DNA of 64,000 nt from the NCBI GenBank assembly GCA_963663805.2, contig CAXXMR010000012.1, positions 224,001-288,000 on the forward strand, in the 5' to 3' direction. This document shows positions 39,691-50,017 of the stretch, piece by piece. Positions within the stretch are counted from its first letter, which is position 1, and each line of letters opens with the position of its first letter. The notes under the pieces are model-generated. The model was not told the DNA's origin. It did not search any database and saw only the letters and a program-made list of their open reading frames with translations. The position numbers and the translations under genes were made by a program. The stretch comes from Sedimentisphaerales bacterium. Lineage in GTDB: Bacteria; Planctomycetota; Phycisphaerae; Sedimentisphaerales; SM23-30.

Positions 39691-41009
39691 ATGAAGGGTC
39701 ACGGTATTCGTATCATGGCGGTGGTTTTTTGTTTGTCGGCTCTGGTCTGGGCGGGCAGTGCTAATGTCATTCTCATGATTTCTGATGGTTGCGGGTTTAA
39801 TCAGTTTGACGCGGCGAGTTATTATCAATATGGTTCGCGGGGTTGTCAGCCTTATGACAGCGATCTGGATTATGCCAAATGGACGCGGGTTGGTTGTACT
39901 ACTTATCCTGAGAACAGCGGATATAATCCGGAAAAGATGTGGTCGAGTTTCAAATACCAGGAATCGGGTCCGACAGATTCAGCGGCAGCATCCTCGGCAA
40001 TCAATACGGGTGTGAAATATAAAAATGGTTATATGAACATTGACAGCGACGGCAATCGTCATAAAAACATTTGCCCAGTATGCTGTTGAAGCGGGACTGG
40101 TGGCCGGTACGGTAACTACGGTGCCGATGGGTCATGCTACTCCGGCGGGGGTTTGGTCGCATAATTTCAGTCGCGGCCATGCGCGTGAGATTGTTGACGA
40201 GATGGTATTTAACAGTCGCGGGCTGAATTGCGTTATCGGAGCGGGTCACCCTTATTACGACAATAACGGGCAGAAGCTGGACCATTATCGCAATGGGACT
40301 TATACACCTGAACCATTGACCTTTGAGGTATTAACTCGCGGCATTCAGGGTTGGACGTTTACCGACGACACTCACCTGATTAAATCTTTGTCTATCGGCG
40401 AGAATCTACCCAAACGCCTTTTTGCGGTACCGCGTGTGGGTGATACCTTTCAGTGCAATCGTGATGGTCAGGATATGGGGAATCTGAATCAGAATTTACC
40501 GACTTTGGCGGAGTGTTCGCTGGCGGCACTTAATGTTTTGGACCAGAACGAAAAAGGTTTTTATATTTTGATTGAGGGCGGGGCGATTGACTGGGCAGGT
40601 CACGCGAATAATCTGGCTCGTAATATTGAGGAACAGCTTGATTTTAATCGTGCGGTTTCAGCGGTCATCAGCTGGGTTGAACAGTACAGCTCGTGGGATG
40701 AGACTTTGCTGATTATTACGGCGGACCATGAATGCGGGTGCCTCTGGGGCGAAAGAAATAAATTTGCGGCGGTTAAGTCACGCGGAGAAGGTGAATTGCC
40801 CGAAGCGTTTTTTTCATTCCGGCGGTCATACTAATCAGCTTGTGCCGCTGTGGGCGATCGGACGGGGCAGTGAGATGTTCCGGGCGACGGAGATTGTTGA
40901 TGGTAAAGATGTTAAAGCTGCCGAGGTTTATAAGACTCTCACTGATTGGGACGGCAGTTATGTTGACAATACCGACATTTTTACAGTTATGAAATCGCAA
41001 CTTAACTGA
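39691..41009 (+). CDS. phoA: Alkaline phosphatase (PhoA family), split by two single-base frameshifts
   Basis: Signal peptide, NVILMISDG, TDSAA (catalytic Ser), HATPA, EGG.IDWAGH.N, TADHE and GHT, spread over three frames. The shifts lie in A5 near 40063-40067 and T7 at 40808-40814. Confidence 0.85.
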
Positions 41010-42123
41010 GGGGCCGTCGCGACGTTATCTGCTGGAAAATCGGTTTGTAGGTTTCGACAATTTTTTTGATGTCATGTTTTTGTTCGACATATTTTTGGGC
41101 GTTTCGGCCTGTTTCTATATAGCGTTGATTTTCGAGCAGGAATTTCAGGGCCTGAGTTAAATTATTCATTTCGCCCTGAGCAGACAGGCCGCACTGGTAT
41201 TCGTTAAGGAAGTTGTCGGGGTTGACTTGCAGCGAAAGAATAGCTGTGCCTGCCTGGCCGGCCTGAATGAAGGTATTTGGAAAGCCTTCGACGCGGCTGG
41301 TATTGACGAAAACTTTGGAACGTTGATACCATTTTTCTATCTGGTCAAATGGTACACGGTCGATAAATTCAAGATTGCTGATTTTGGCAGCGGCGTTTTT
41401 CAACTCATCGTAATTATTGTCGCCGGTGGCGTGCTGGCAAATCATCGCAAATTTTTCGTCGGGAAATTCTTTTGCCAGTTCAAGAAATTTTTCAGGCTGC
41501 TTGATAGCGACGCTGCGGCCTATCCAGAGGATATAATCTCGCGGCTCGTTTGCGGGCGGGCTGAGTCGATGACCGTTGGGGATTACTATCGCCTCGATGT
41601 TCAGGGTGTGTTTGAGGTTGACGCTGTCGGTATTATTTTGCACGAAAACCGCAAGGCATTTTCTGAGTGAAAGAGCGAACATTTTCCCCATCAGGAAATG
41701 TTCTTTAAGGTAAGTACCGTCGCATTCTCTCTGGCTTGCGGTGCGGTAGACTAAAGCCTTGTGGTTCCTTCGGCAAAAAAGGGACACTAATACCAGACCA
41801 GGCGAAGGTGTTTTCAGCATATAAATATCAGCATCGGCTTTTTGCAAGGCTTGCCAGATGCAAATTGCTCCAGAAAGGGGGTTTGAGTGAAAATTAAGGC
41901 TTCTAATAATCTTTACGTTTTCTCTGGTTTCGATATTCGGCTGGCCGTAATCGGCGGTTACGAAAGATACTTCGAAATTATCATCCTTGGCAAGTTCGGT
42001 GCCAAGGTAATACAAATCAACTTCCGCACCACCAAAAACCGCATCTGCCTCCTGATTGAAAAGCGGGTAGGCTTTAGGGCAGACAAAGCAGATTTTCAGA
42101 GATTGTTTTTTATTTGGGTTCAT
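41002..42123 (-). CDS. Glycosyltransferase family 4
   Basis: GGAE, IPNG, W.GR...K and S..EGFPN.F.QA. Confidence 0.85.
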   Translation of the reverse strand: MNPNKKQSLKICFVCPKAYPLFNQEADAVFGGAEVDLYYLGTELAKDDNFEVSFVTADYGQPNIETRENVKIIRSLNFHSNPLSGAICIWQALQKADADIYMLKTPSPGLVLVSLFCRRNHKALVYRTASQRECDGTYLKEHFLMGKMFALSLRKCLAVFVQNNTDSVNLKHTLNIEAIVIPNGHRLSPPANEPRDYILWIGRSVAIKQPEKFLELAKEFPDEKFAMICQHATGDNNYDELKNAAAKISNLEFIDRVPFDQIEKWYQRSKVFVNTSRVEGFPNTFIQAGQAGTAILSLQVNPDNFLNEYQCGLSAQGEMNNLTQALKFLLENQRYIETGRNAQKYVEQKHDIKKIVETYKPIFQQITSRRPLS

Positions 42124-43250
42124 TTGATTATTGATTCGTATATTTTGAGGTATTGTCGAGCGACGCCGGGCCAGGTAAAATTGTAAGCGTGTTTTCGGGC
42201 TGCTTCCGACATGGCCTGATAGGTTTGATTATTGTTTGTCAGATTGATAACCGCGTCGGCGAAAAACTCAGGCCTTGCCTCAGCCACGGTAATACCATTG
42301 TCTTTAACAAGTTCGACCACGCCTTCACAGCGATTGGTGATAATAGGCAGTCCTGAAGACATCGCTTCAAGCATGGCGTTGCTCATACCTTCGTGGGCAC
42401 TGCTCATAATAAATATTTCGTGTTCACGGTATATTTGCGGCATGTTTTCGGACGCGACATGCTCCATGAAAATAATGTCGTTGCCGGCATCGAGAGACTT
42501 CGCTTGAGCCTTGAGGCTCACCAGCAGGTTGCCGTGGCCGACAATACTGAGTTGGGCGTTGCAGCCTTTTTGTTTGAGCAGGGCGATGGTTTCGATGAGT
42601 ATCTCAACACGTTTTCTGGTGATGAGCCGGCAAACAGTGAGAAGTTTGACGGGGTTTGAGATTTGTCTTTGCTCCGGCGGTTCGAATTGCTGCGTGTCAA
42701 TCCCGTTGGCGATTACGGGCATGTCGATGTCGGGGGTGAATTTCTGGGCCAGGTCACGCAGGCCGGTACTGTTGGGGATGACGGCTGAAGCATTTTGCCA
42801 GATATTGCGAAACAGTCGGGCCAGAAGTTTATAGTCCGGCCCCAGACGGGTATTATAACCGGGTACATCAGACCCGCGCAGCGAAACAATGTAAGGTAAT
42901 TTATCAGCGCTGCGATAGCAGAGCCAGCCGGAGGGAAAGGCAAAAAAAGCGTGAACTAAATCGTAATTGTTTTGGTGAATTATCCTGCTGTAGTGTTTCG
43001 ATGCGCGATAGAGCCATAGGCACACTTCACTTTTACGCCAGTAATGCAGATCTTTTTTAGCGATGCCGACTTTATAAATATTGATGTTGGGGGCGGGCGT
43101 TTCATGATTGAAACCGCTCTGCAAACCAGAGGTAAGCAAGTCAACGCGGAGATTTTCTATTTGAGCATATTGATTGATAAGATTCTGATGAGCCTGACCC
43201 GCACCACCGCCGATGGGTGGATATTCGTAGTTTAGCATGAGGATATTCAT
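42120..43250 (-). CDS. Glycosyltransferase family 4
   Basis: Start MNILMLNYEYPPIGGG (ATG 43250), GSDVPG, NGID and S..EGMSNAMLEAM.SGLP. Confidence 0.9.
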   Translation of the reverse strand: MNILMLNYEYPPIGGGAGQAHQNLINQYAQIENLRVDLLTSGLQSGFNHETPAPNINIYKVGIAKKDLHYWRKSEVCLWLYRASKHYSRIIHQNNYDLVHAFFAFPSGWLCYRSADKLPYIVSLRGSDVPGYNTRLGPDYKLLARLFRNIWQNASAVIPNSTGLRDLAQKFTPDIDMPVIANGIDTQQFEPPEQRQISNPVKLLTVCRLITRKRVEILIETIALLKQKGCNAQLSIVGHGNLLVSLKAQAKSLDAGNDIIFMEHVASENMPQIYREHEIFIMSSAHEGMSNAMLEAMSSGLPIITNRCEGVVELVKDNGITVAEARPEFFADAVINLTNNNQTYQAMSEAARKHAYNFTWPGVARQYLKIYESIIK

Positions 43251-43263
43251 GGGGCGGTCCTGT

Positions 43264-44463
43264 TTATTCGGCGGAATAAGCGAAAATGGGTTTGGCTTTG
43301 ATTTGGATACGGGCCGGCGCCAGGCGTTTTTCCAGTCGGTCGTTAAGTTCTCGTCTGGTCTGGGCGGTTTTTTCGGGGTCGGCCTGCTCAACCGTTATGC
43401 CGAAAGTGATAAGCAGATATTGAGCTTTATCGCCGCAGCCTTCGACGCGAAGGTCGTGAAAACCGGAGATGTCTTTGTCGCAGGCGACTTCCTCGGCGAC
43501 GATATTGTGTACTTCTTTATAGCGGGGGTGACTTTTGTCGAGGGGGTCAATATGAACGACAGCGGCACCGCCGAGCTGACGTTCGACGGCGGCTTCGACA
43601 CGTTCGGATAAATCGTGGAGGCGGGTCACCGATTCGTCGGCAGCGACTTCGATATGAAGAGAGACCAGACTCATTTGGCCGTAGCGGTGGACAATTACAT
43701 CGTGAACCCCCTGAACACCAGCGATGCTGCCGGCGGCAAACTCAATTTCCTTGAGAACTTCTCGGTCCGGTGCCGTGCCGAGCAAAGGACCGACGGCATC
43801 GCGGGCAATGGCGTATCCACTATAAAGGACAACCGCCGCGACGAGAACACCGCCCACTCCGTCGAGCCAGGTCAGTCCCATTTGGCCAGCGGCCAGGGCG
43901 GCTAGTACAAGTATGGTTGAGAGGGCATCGGAGCGGTGGTGCCAGGCGTCGGCCCGGAGCGTTTGGGACTGAATCATCCGACCCAGCTCAGCGGCGAAGC
44001 GGGCCATTAGTTCTTTGATAATTATGGTGCCGAACAACAGCAAAGCGATTGACCAGGAGATTTTGTCAGCGGCCAGGGCGGGGTTCCAGATGCGAATGGC
44101 TCCTGATTTGAGCAGTTCGAAGCCGGCGACGATGAGCAGTACAGCGACTATGAGGGTGGCGATTGACTCCATACGACCATGGCCGAAAGGGTGTTCTTTG
44201 TCGGCAGGACGGCGGGCAATGGCAAAGCCAATGAGGATGACGATGGATGTGCCGGTGTCGCTGAGGGTGTGGACAGCATCGGCGATGAGCGAGACGCTGC
44301 TGAGCATAATACCAAGGGCGATTTTCAGGGCGAAAAGGAGAAAATTGAGGATGATGCTGGCCCAGGCTTCGAGGGCGCCGAACCGAGCACGTACCTGAAC
44401 ATCGTCGGTGTCATGGTAATTTTTGATGCTATGGCGGACAATGAATCTGGTTAGCCGTTTCAT
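43264..44463 (-). CDS. Cation diffusion facilitator family transporter (FieF-like)
   Basis: S.SLIADAVH.LSD, PAD.EHPFGHGR.E, ADAWHH.SD and dimerisation domain HD...H.YG / VHIDP. Confidence 0.92.
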   Translation of the reverse strand: MKRLTRFIVRHSIKNYHDTDDVQVRARFGALEAWASIILNFLLFALKIALGIMLSSVSLIADAVHTLSDTGTSIVILIGFAIARRPADKEHPFGHGRMESIATLIVAVLLIVAGFELLKSGAIRIWNPALAADKISWSIALLLFGTIIIKELMARFAAELGRMIQSQTLRADAWHHRSDALSTILVLAALAAGQMGLTWLDGVGGVLVAAVVLYSGYAIARDAVGPLLGTAPDREVLKEIEFAAGSIAGVQGVHDVIVHRYGQMSLVSLHIEVAADESVTRLHDLSERVEAAVERQLGGAAVVHIDPLDKSHPRYKEVHNIVAEEVACDKDISGFHDLRVEGCGDKAQYLLITFGITVEQADPEKTAQTRRELNDRLEKRLAPARIQIKAKPIFAYSAE

Positions 44464-44634
44464 GGTGGTATCCTAATGTGGGATTTGGGGTTAGGTCAAT
44501 TTTATTTATGTACGCAGCCTGCAATGGAATAAATCAATCCTTGTTGTTGTAATACCTCATAGTATGGCGTTCACCGTAAAACATTTCTGGTAGGCCCAGG
44601 CGAGCTTAGGACTGATGCTGTAATGGCTGAAATT

Positions 44635-44663
44635 TTGAGTTGGGCGGGTTTGGGGGCCGATAA
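44635..44663 (+). promoter_or_regulatory. Sigma28-like promoter upstream of ftsK
   Basis: TTGAG-N16-GCCGATAA (consensus -10 element). Confidence 0.45.
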
Positions 44664-44715
44664 TACCTAAGTTATTATGTTTAGTATTACTTTGAAATAG
44701 CTGGGAAGAATAATT

Positions 44716-47700
44716 ATGGCATCTAGCGGACAGGTTAATCGGGTAGCTCTGGGGGCTTTGGGGCTGGCGAGTTGCGTTTTTGGGTTTATCAGCCTGGTGA
44801 GTTTCAGTGTTAATGACTGGCCTAACCCTGATGTTATACGCGGCGGCGAGGTGGATAACCTATGCGGACCGGCGGGGGCCTGGGTAGCGTATTACAGTAA
44901 CTATTATATCGGGCCAGCGGGGATTCCGGTGCTGCTGGCTTTGGCGGGCTGGGTGGTGCTACGGTGCATGGGAAGGCAGATTAATCAGCCGGTATTGCGG
45001 ACAATCGGGCTGGTTTTGATAGCTGGGGCAATTTCCGGTAGTGCCTATCTGATCAATCCGGGCGACAGTGAGTCGCTGACGCATGGCAACGGCGGGGTTT
45101 TGGGGATAGCGATAGGGTATTTCCTGAAAACTAATACGGCTTTGACAGGTTCGGTGCTGATAATCGCGGCGATGCTGATAGTGGGGCTGCTGATGGCGGC
45201 AGATAATATACTGGCGTTGATACCGGGGATTCTGGTAGCGATGTTCCATTTGGGGCGGCGGGCGAAAATCGGTCCGAAGGGCGGTCTTAGAGGTTTGTTT
45301 GGCGGACGCGACAAGAAACTGGCGTTGGAAGCAATGCCGCGAGCATCGTCGGCCCTGGCGATTTCGCAAACTGAGGCGGCAATAAGAGAGGTTACCCGGC
45401 TGGCGGAGGAGGAAGAATATGAAGAGGAGGACGAGGAAGAATACGAGGATGAGGATGAGGACGTAGATGCCGAGGACGAGGAAGAGGAGGAGGAAGAAGA
45501 AACCGAGCTTCAGAATAACAGCAAGAAAGAGACTATTGACAAGAGCAAAATAGCTAATTCTCTGGAGGCGGTCACAGAGGCATTGGCGGCGGTTCTGGGT
45601 CGGCCCAAGATGAGCGCCAGTGATGTGGCAGAACTGAAGGAGCAGGATTATAGTGGTTATATCTATCCGCCTTTGACGCTGCTGGCTAAGCCGGAGCCGG
45701 GTTTCTCGAATTTGCAGGAAAAGATAGTCAAGGCCAAGGCCGAGGTGCTGGAACGGACGCTCAAGGAATTTAATCTGGATGCGCGGGTGGTGGCTTATGA
45801 GACCGGGCCGGTGATTACCATGTTCGAGATTGAGCTGGCGCCGGGGCTGAAGGTGTCTCGGATAACAAGTCTGTCCAATGATATGGCCCGGGCGCTGGGG
45901 GCTCAGTCGGTGCGGGTGGTGGCACCGATTCCGGGTAAGCATACAATCGGGGTGGAAGTGCCGAACAGTGAAAAGGAAAAAGTTCGCCTGATGGAGCTGC
46001 TGTACCTTTGGGGCAGAAAGCCCAAGAAGATGCACATTCCGGTATTTCTGGGCAAGGACGCTTCGGGCGACCCGCTGGTGTCGGATTTGACGGCGATGCC
46101 GCACTGTCTGATGGCAGGTACGACCGGTTCGGGTAAGAGTGTATGTCTGAACAGTATCATCGTGAGTATTCTGCTGACCCAGCGGCCTGACATGGTCAAG
46201 CTGATTCTGGTGGACCCAAAGATGGTGGAAATGAATGCCTATCGGGATGTTCCGCATTTGATGTGTCCGATCATTACGGAGATGAAGCGGGCTGAGCAGA
46301 TGCTGGAATGGCTGACGGTCAAGATGGATGAGCGGTATGCCCTGCTGGCTGAGGCGCGGGTACGTAATATCGAAGGTTATAACCTTCTGACTAAAGATGA
46401 GATATACGAGCGGTTCTGTCCGAGTAACGAAGAAGAACGGGCCAAGATTCCCACGCGGCTGCCTTATATTGTGGTGATTATCGATGAGCTGGCGGACTTG
46501 ATGATGACCTCGGCCAAGGAAGTTGAGTCTTATATTATCCGTATCGCCCAGAAGAGCCGGGCGGTTGGTATTCATCTGGTGGTAGCGACGCAGCGGCCCC
46601 AGGCGACGGTGGTTACGGGTTTGATTAAGAGTAATCTGCCGGCGCGGATCAGCTTCCGGGTGGCGGCCCGGATGGACAGCCGGATTGTACTGGACCAGAA
46701 CGGCGCCGAAACCTTGTTGGGCCAGGGGGATATGCTGTTCCTCAAACCGGGCACGAGTGATTTGGTACGCAGCCAGGGTACTTATGTGGGTGACGATGAG
46801 ATTCATCGGATTGTGACGCACCTGAGGGAGGTGGCGGCTCCGACGTATCATCCAGAGCTGATGCAGCTTAACCGGCGTAGTTCGGCAGTTGACATGGAGA
46901 AGGACGAGCTGTTTGACGACGCGGTGCGAATCGTGATAGAGACCCAGCGGGGCAGTGTATCGCTGCTGCAGCGTCGGCTGACGATTGGGTATTCGCGGGC
47001 TTCACGTTTGATTGACCAGATGGCTTTGGCGGGGATTGTGGGCGATTATAAGGGTTCGCAGGCCCGTGAGGTTCTGATTACGCTGGACGAGTTTGAGGCG
47101 ATTCGGGCACAGATGGCCCGGGACGAAGGGTCGGGCTTTAAGGACATGCAGGCCGAGGTGGTTGAAGGGCCTTTGGGCGGGGGCGGAACCGGTGAAATTG
47201 CCGCTGCCGACGGGGGAATTTTGGTAGTTGACGACGAGGCGATGAGTGATAATGATATGCTGGCTGGGCAGGTCGCGGAGGTCCGCGAGGCGGTCCGGAC
47301 CGGCGGCACTGAGAAAGTGAAGAAGGAAGATAAGATTAAGACTCCCGATGAGATTATCGAGGAGGCAATCAGTGCCGTGCAGGTTGAAGAATTACCAGTG
47401 GAAGTCGCCGAGGGTTCGGAGATGGAAAAAGAAGTGGATAATGTAAGTCCATCGGCCCCGGTATTGGATAAGGATGAACAAGAAATGAAAGCGGAAACAG
47501 AAACAACAGTCCTGAAAAAGCAAGAGGAATTGGCCAATCAATTTGGCGATGAGGCTGAGGACGTCATTGATGATGACAGCATTGACTTAGAAGAAGATGA
47601 ATACGACGATGATTTGGATTTGGACCTAGATGATGATGAAGAAGAGGAGTTTGAGGAGGAATATGGTCTGGACGACGACGACGAGGAAGAAGAAGAAATA

Positions 47701-47805
47701 GAGGATTCGCTCCAGGACGACGAAGAGGACGACGAAGAGGAGGAAGATACCCAGTATGAGTATCTGGATGATGAAGACGAAGAGGAGGAGGAAGATGAAG
47801 ATTAA
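44716..47805 (+). CDS. ftsK: DNA translocase FtsK with long acidic linker and tail
   Basis: N-terminal TM domain (N.CG..GA), GPVIT.FE, PH.L.AG.TGSGKS, DPK.VE, IDELADLM, ATQRP, GAE.LLG.GDML and gamma domain S.SLLQRRL.IGY.RA. Confidence 0.96.
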   Translation: MASSGQVNRVALGALGLASCVFGFISLVSFSVNDWPNPDVIRGGEVDNLCGPAGAWVAYYSNYYIGPAGIPVLLALAGWVVLRCMGRQINQPVLRTIGLVLIAGAISGSAYLINPGDSESLTHGNGGVLGIAIGYFLKTNTALTGSVLIIAAMLIVGLLMAADNILALIPGILVAMFHLGRRAKIGPKGGLRGLFGGRDKKLALEAMPRASSALAISQTEAAIREVTRLAEEEEYEEEDEEEYEDEDEDVDAEDEEEEEEEETELQNNSKKETIDKSKIANSLEAVTEALAAVLGRPKMSASDVAELKEQDYSGYIYPPLTLLAKPEPGFSNLQEKIVKAKAEVLERTLKEFNLDARVVAYETGPVITMFEIELAPGLKVSRITSLSNDMARALGAQSVRVVAPIPGKHTIGVEVPNSEKEKVRLMELLYLWGRKPKKMHIPVFLGKDASGDPLVSDLTAMPHCLMAGTTGSGKSVCLNSIIVSILLTQRPDMVKLILVDPKMVEMNAYRDVPHLMCPIITEMKRAEQMLEWLTVKMDERYALLAEARVRNIEGYNLLTKDEIYERFCPSNEEERAKIPTRLPYIVVIIDELADLMMTSAKEVESYIIRIAQKSRAVGIHLVVATQRPQATVVTGLIKSNLPARISFRVAARMDSRIVLDQNGAETLLGQGDMLFLKPGTSDLVRSQGTYVGDDEIHRIVTHLREVAAPTYHPELMQLNRRSSAVDMEKDELFDDAVRIVIETQRGSVSLLQRRLTIGYSRASRLIDQMALAGIVGDYKGSQAREVLITLDEFEAIRAQMARDEGSGFKDMQAEVVEGPLGGGGTGEIAAADGGILVVDDEAMSDNDMLAGQVAEVREAVRTGGTEKVKKEDKIKTPDEIIEEAISAVQVEELPVEVAEGSEMEKEVDNVSPSAPVLDKDEQEMKAETETTVLKKQEELANQFGDEAEDVIDDDSIDLEEDEYDDDLDLDLDDDEEEEFEEEYGLDDDDEEEEEIEDSLQDDEEDDEEEEDTQYEYLDDEDEEEEEDED

Positions 47806-47829
47806 GGCTGCGGCCTGAATGTGATTTTG

Positions 47830-47870
47830 ACCGGCGGCGTTGCGGGAAGCGGTGCCGTCGGTTTTTTTAT
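47830..47870 (+). terminator. Intrinsic terminator after ftsK
   Basis: ACCGGCGGCG...TGCCGTCGGT stem followed by a T run. Confidence 0.65.
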
Positions 47871-47967
47871 TTAACGGCAAGAGTGGATTAACGGGATTTA
47901 TTCAAAGAAATAAGGGATAAGAAATACAAAACAACGGGGGGATATATTTGAAAGTGAAATTCGATTT

Positions 47968-49380
47968 ATGGCCAAGCGTAAGCGAGAGGATGAAATGGTT
48001 AGCGTTAGTTTTGTGACGCTGGGCTGCGCCAAGAATCTGGTGGACACTGAAAAGATGCTGGGTCTGCTGGCTGAAGGCGGGCTGGCGATTGTGGCGGCGG
48101 ATATGCTGGCGGATGTTACGATAATCAATACCTGTGGTTTTATCGAGGACGCCCGGCAGGAGGCCCTGGAAGAGATTGACCGGGCCCTGGAAGCTAAACA
48201 GGCCGGTGAGGTGGGACGGGTTATCGTTACGGGTTGTCTGGCCCAGTATTGGGGTGAGCGTTTATTCGCGGAGCGGCCCGGCATTGACGCGGTAGTGGGC
48301 CTGAGCAGCCGGGATGAGATAGCGAAGATTGCGCTGACAGTGGCGAATAAATCGGGGACAGCCATTGAAAATGGAGAGTTTACGGGGGTAAGTAACGACC
48401 AGACGCGTTTGCGGATTACGGAGGGGTGCTGGAGTTATCTGCGGATTAGCGAAGGGTGCGACCGCTGGTGCAGTTTTTGTACGATACCGCTTATCAGGGG
48501 CAAGTTTCGCAGTAAGCGGCCCGATGCGATTTTGGCAGAAGCCGCGGAGCTGGCCGGCGACGGGGTGCGGGAACTTAATCTTATTGGTCAGGAGACCAGC
48601 CGATATGGCGATGATATTGGTTATGAAGCGGGTCTGGCGGGACTGCTGCGAGAGCTGGATAAGGTCGATGGTTTGCGGTGGGTGCGGGTGATATATACAC
48701 ATCCGGCTAGTATGAGTAATGAACTTATCGAGGCGATGAGTCAGTGCAAAAAGGTGGTGCCTTATGTGGATATGCCTTTGCAGCATATTAACGACCGGAT
48801 TTTGAAATTGATGAAGCGGCGTGTCGGACGAGCGGATACGGAAAAACTACTCATAAAGATGAGGGAGCGGATACCGAACCTTAGTTTGCGGACGACGATG
48901 CTGGTGGGTTTCCCTTCGGAGACGGAGGCGGAGTTTGCGGAACTGCTGGAGTTTGTCAAGCAGCAGCGATTTGAGGCCCTGGGCTGTTTCGCTTATTCGC
49001 TGGAGAAGGATACGAAGTCAGCGGAGGCTGGGCCAATGGTGCCCTCTGAAGTGCGTCAGGAGCGGGCAGCTCGTTTGATGGAAGCTCAGCAGGAAATAGC
49101 TTTCGCTAAAGCGGATGAGTTAAAGGGTAAAGAAGTTGAATGTATGATTCTGGCTCAGTATCCGCCAAGTGAGTCGGCGGAGCTGGGGCTAAAAACGAAT
49201 CGTGATTTTTATCAGGCACGCAGTGCGGCCCAGGCGCCGGAGATGGACAGCGAATGCTGGCTGCGGGTTGAGGATGCGAAACTGGCCAAGCGAATCGCGG
49301 AGGGCAGTTTTGTGCGGGCGAGAATCGAGGGACGCTCAGATTATGATTTACGGGGTGTCGTCAAGGAAATAGTGGGATAG
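47968..49380 (+). CDS. rimO: Ribosomal protein S12 methylthiotransferase
   Basis: LGCAKNLVD.E, NTCGFI..A..E, GCL.Q, YLRISEGCDRWCSFC.IP, D.PLQH and APE.D. Confidence 0.93.
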   Translation: MAKRKREDEMVSVSFVTLGCAKNLVDTEKMLGLLAEGGLAIVAADMLADVTIINTCGFIEDARQEALEEIDRALEAKQAGEVGRVIVTGCLAQYWGERLFAERPGIDAVVGLSSRDEIAKIALTVANKSGTAIENGEFTGVSNDQTRLRITEGCWSYLRISEGCDRWCSFCTIPLIRGKFRSKRPDAILAEAAELAGDGVRELNLIGQETSRYGDDIGYEAGLAGLLRELDKVDGLRWVRVIYTHPASMSNELIEAMSQCKKVVPYVDMPLQHINDRILKLMKRRVGRADTEKLLIKMRERIPNLSLRTTMLVGFPSETEAEFAELLEFVKQQRFEALGCFAYSLEKDTKSAEAGPMVPSEVRQERAARLMEAQQEIAFAKADELKGKEVECMILAQYPPSESAELGLKTNRDFYQARSAAQAPEMDSECWLRVEDAKLAKRIAEGSFVRARIEGRSDYDLRGVVKEIVG

Positions 49381-49384
49381 GATT

Positions 49385-50017
49385 ATGCAAAAGTTTGTAC
49401 GGGCAATACCGAATCTGCTGACGTGGCTGCGGCTGGTTCTTACGATAGGTTTTCTGCTGCTGTTGGTGCATTGCGATGTGGAAGGGCTGGCTTCGGGTGA
49501 AGCTAAGGGTAAGGTAACCTGGGCACTGGTGCTGATTGCTTTGGGCGGAATAACCGATGTACTGGATGGTAAGATCGCGCGGAAGTATCACGTAACCAGT
49601 CTGTTCGGCAAGATGTTCGACCCGCTGGTTGATAAAATTATGATTTGCGGCGGTTTTATCGCGGTGATGCTTTGGGGGCAGGAAGTAACCGGAGTGGCCT
49701 GGTGGATGCTGGCGGTGATTCTGCTGCGAGAGCTGATGGTGACAATATTACGTCAGTTCGGCAAAGCCGCTGGCGCTGCCTTTGGAGCAAATTGGGCCGG
49801 CAAAACCAAAATGGTATTTCAGACCCTGGCCCTTTTCGCCGTGGTGGTCCAGGCAGGCTATATCCAGCAAAGATGGGGAGCGATAGTACGAGATGTTCTG
49901 CTTTACCTGGCGGTTGTTTTCACGGTCTTCTCAGGAATTACCTACCTGCCAAGAATTAAGATGATAAATGGAGTACGAACGGGGAACTCAGGGGTAAAAC
50001 GTGACCCCAAACAATAA
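49385..50017 (+). CDS. pgsA: CDP-diacylglycerol--glycerol-3-phosphate 3-phosphatidyltransferase
   Basis: PNLLT..R, TD.LDG..AR....TS.FG...DP..DK, RE and GK.K. Usual position after rimO. Confidence 0.88.
   Translation: MQKFVRAIPNLLTWLRLVLTIGFLLLLVHCDVEGLASGEAKGKVTWALVLIALGGITDVLDGKIARKYHVTSLFGKMFDPLVDKIMICGGFIAVMLWGQEVTGVAWWMLAVILLRELMVTILRQFGKAAGAAFGANWAGKTKMVFQTLALFAVVVQAGYIQQRWGAIVRDVLLYLAVVFTVFSGITYLPRIKMINGVRTGNSGVKRDPKQ

Noticed and set aside
44959..46851. 630-aa antisense ORF (also 49956-50936 and other shadow ORFs)
   Set aside because: These lie opposite well-conserved genes (ftsK, helicase), have no motifs, and are explained by codon bias.
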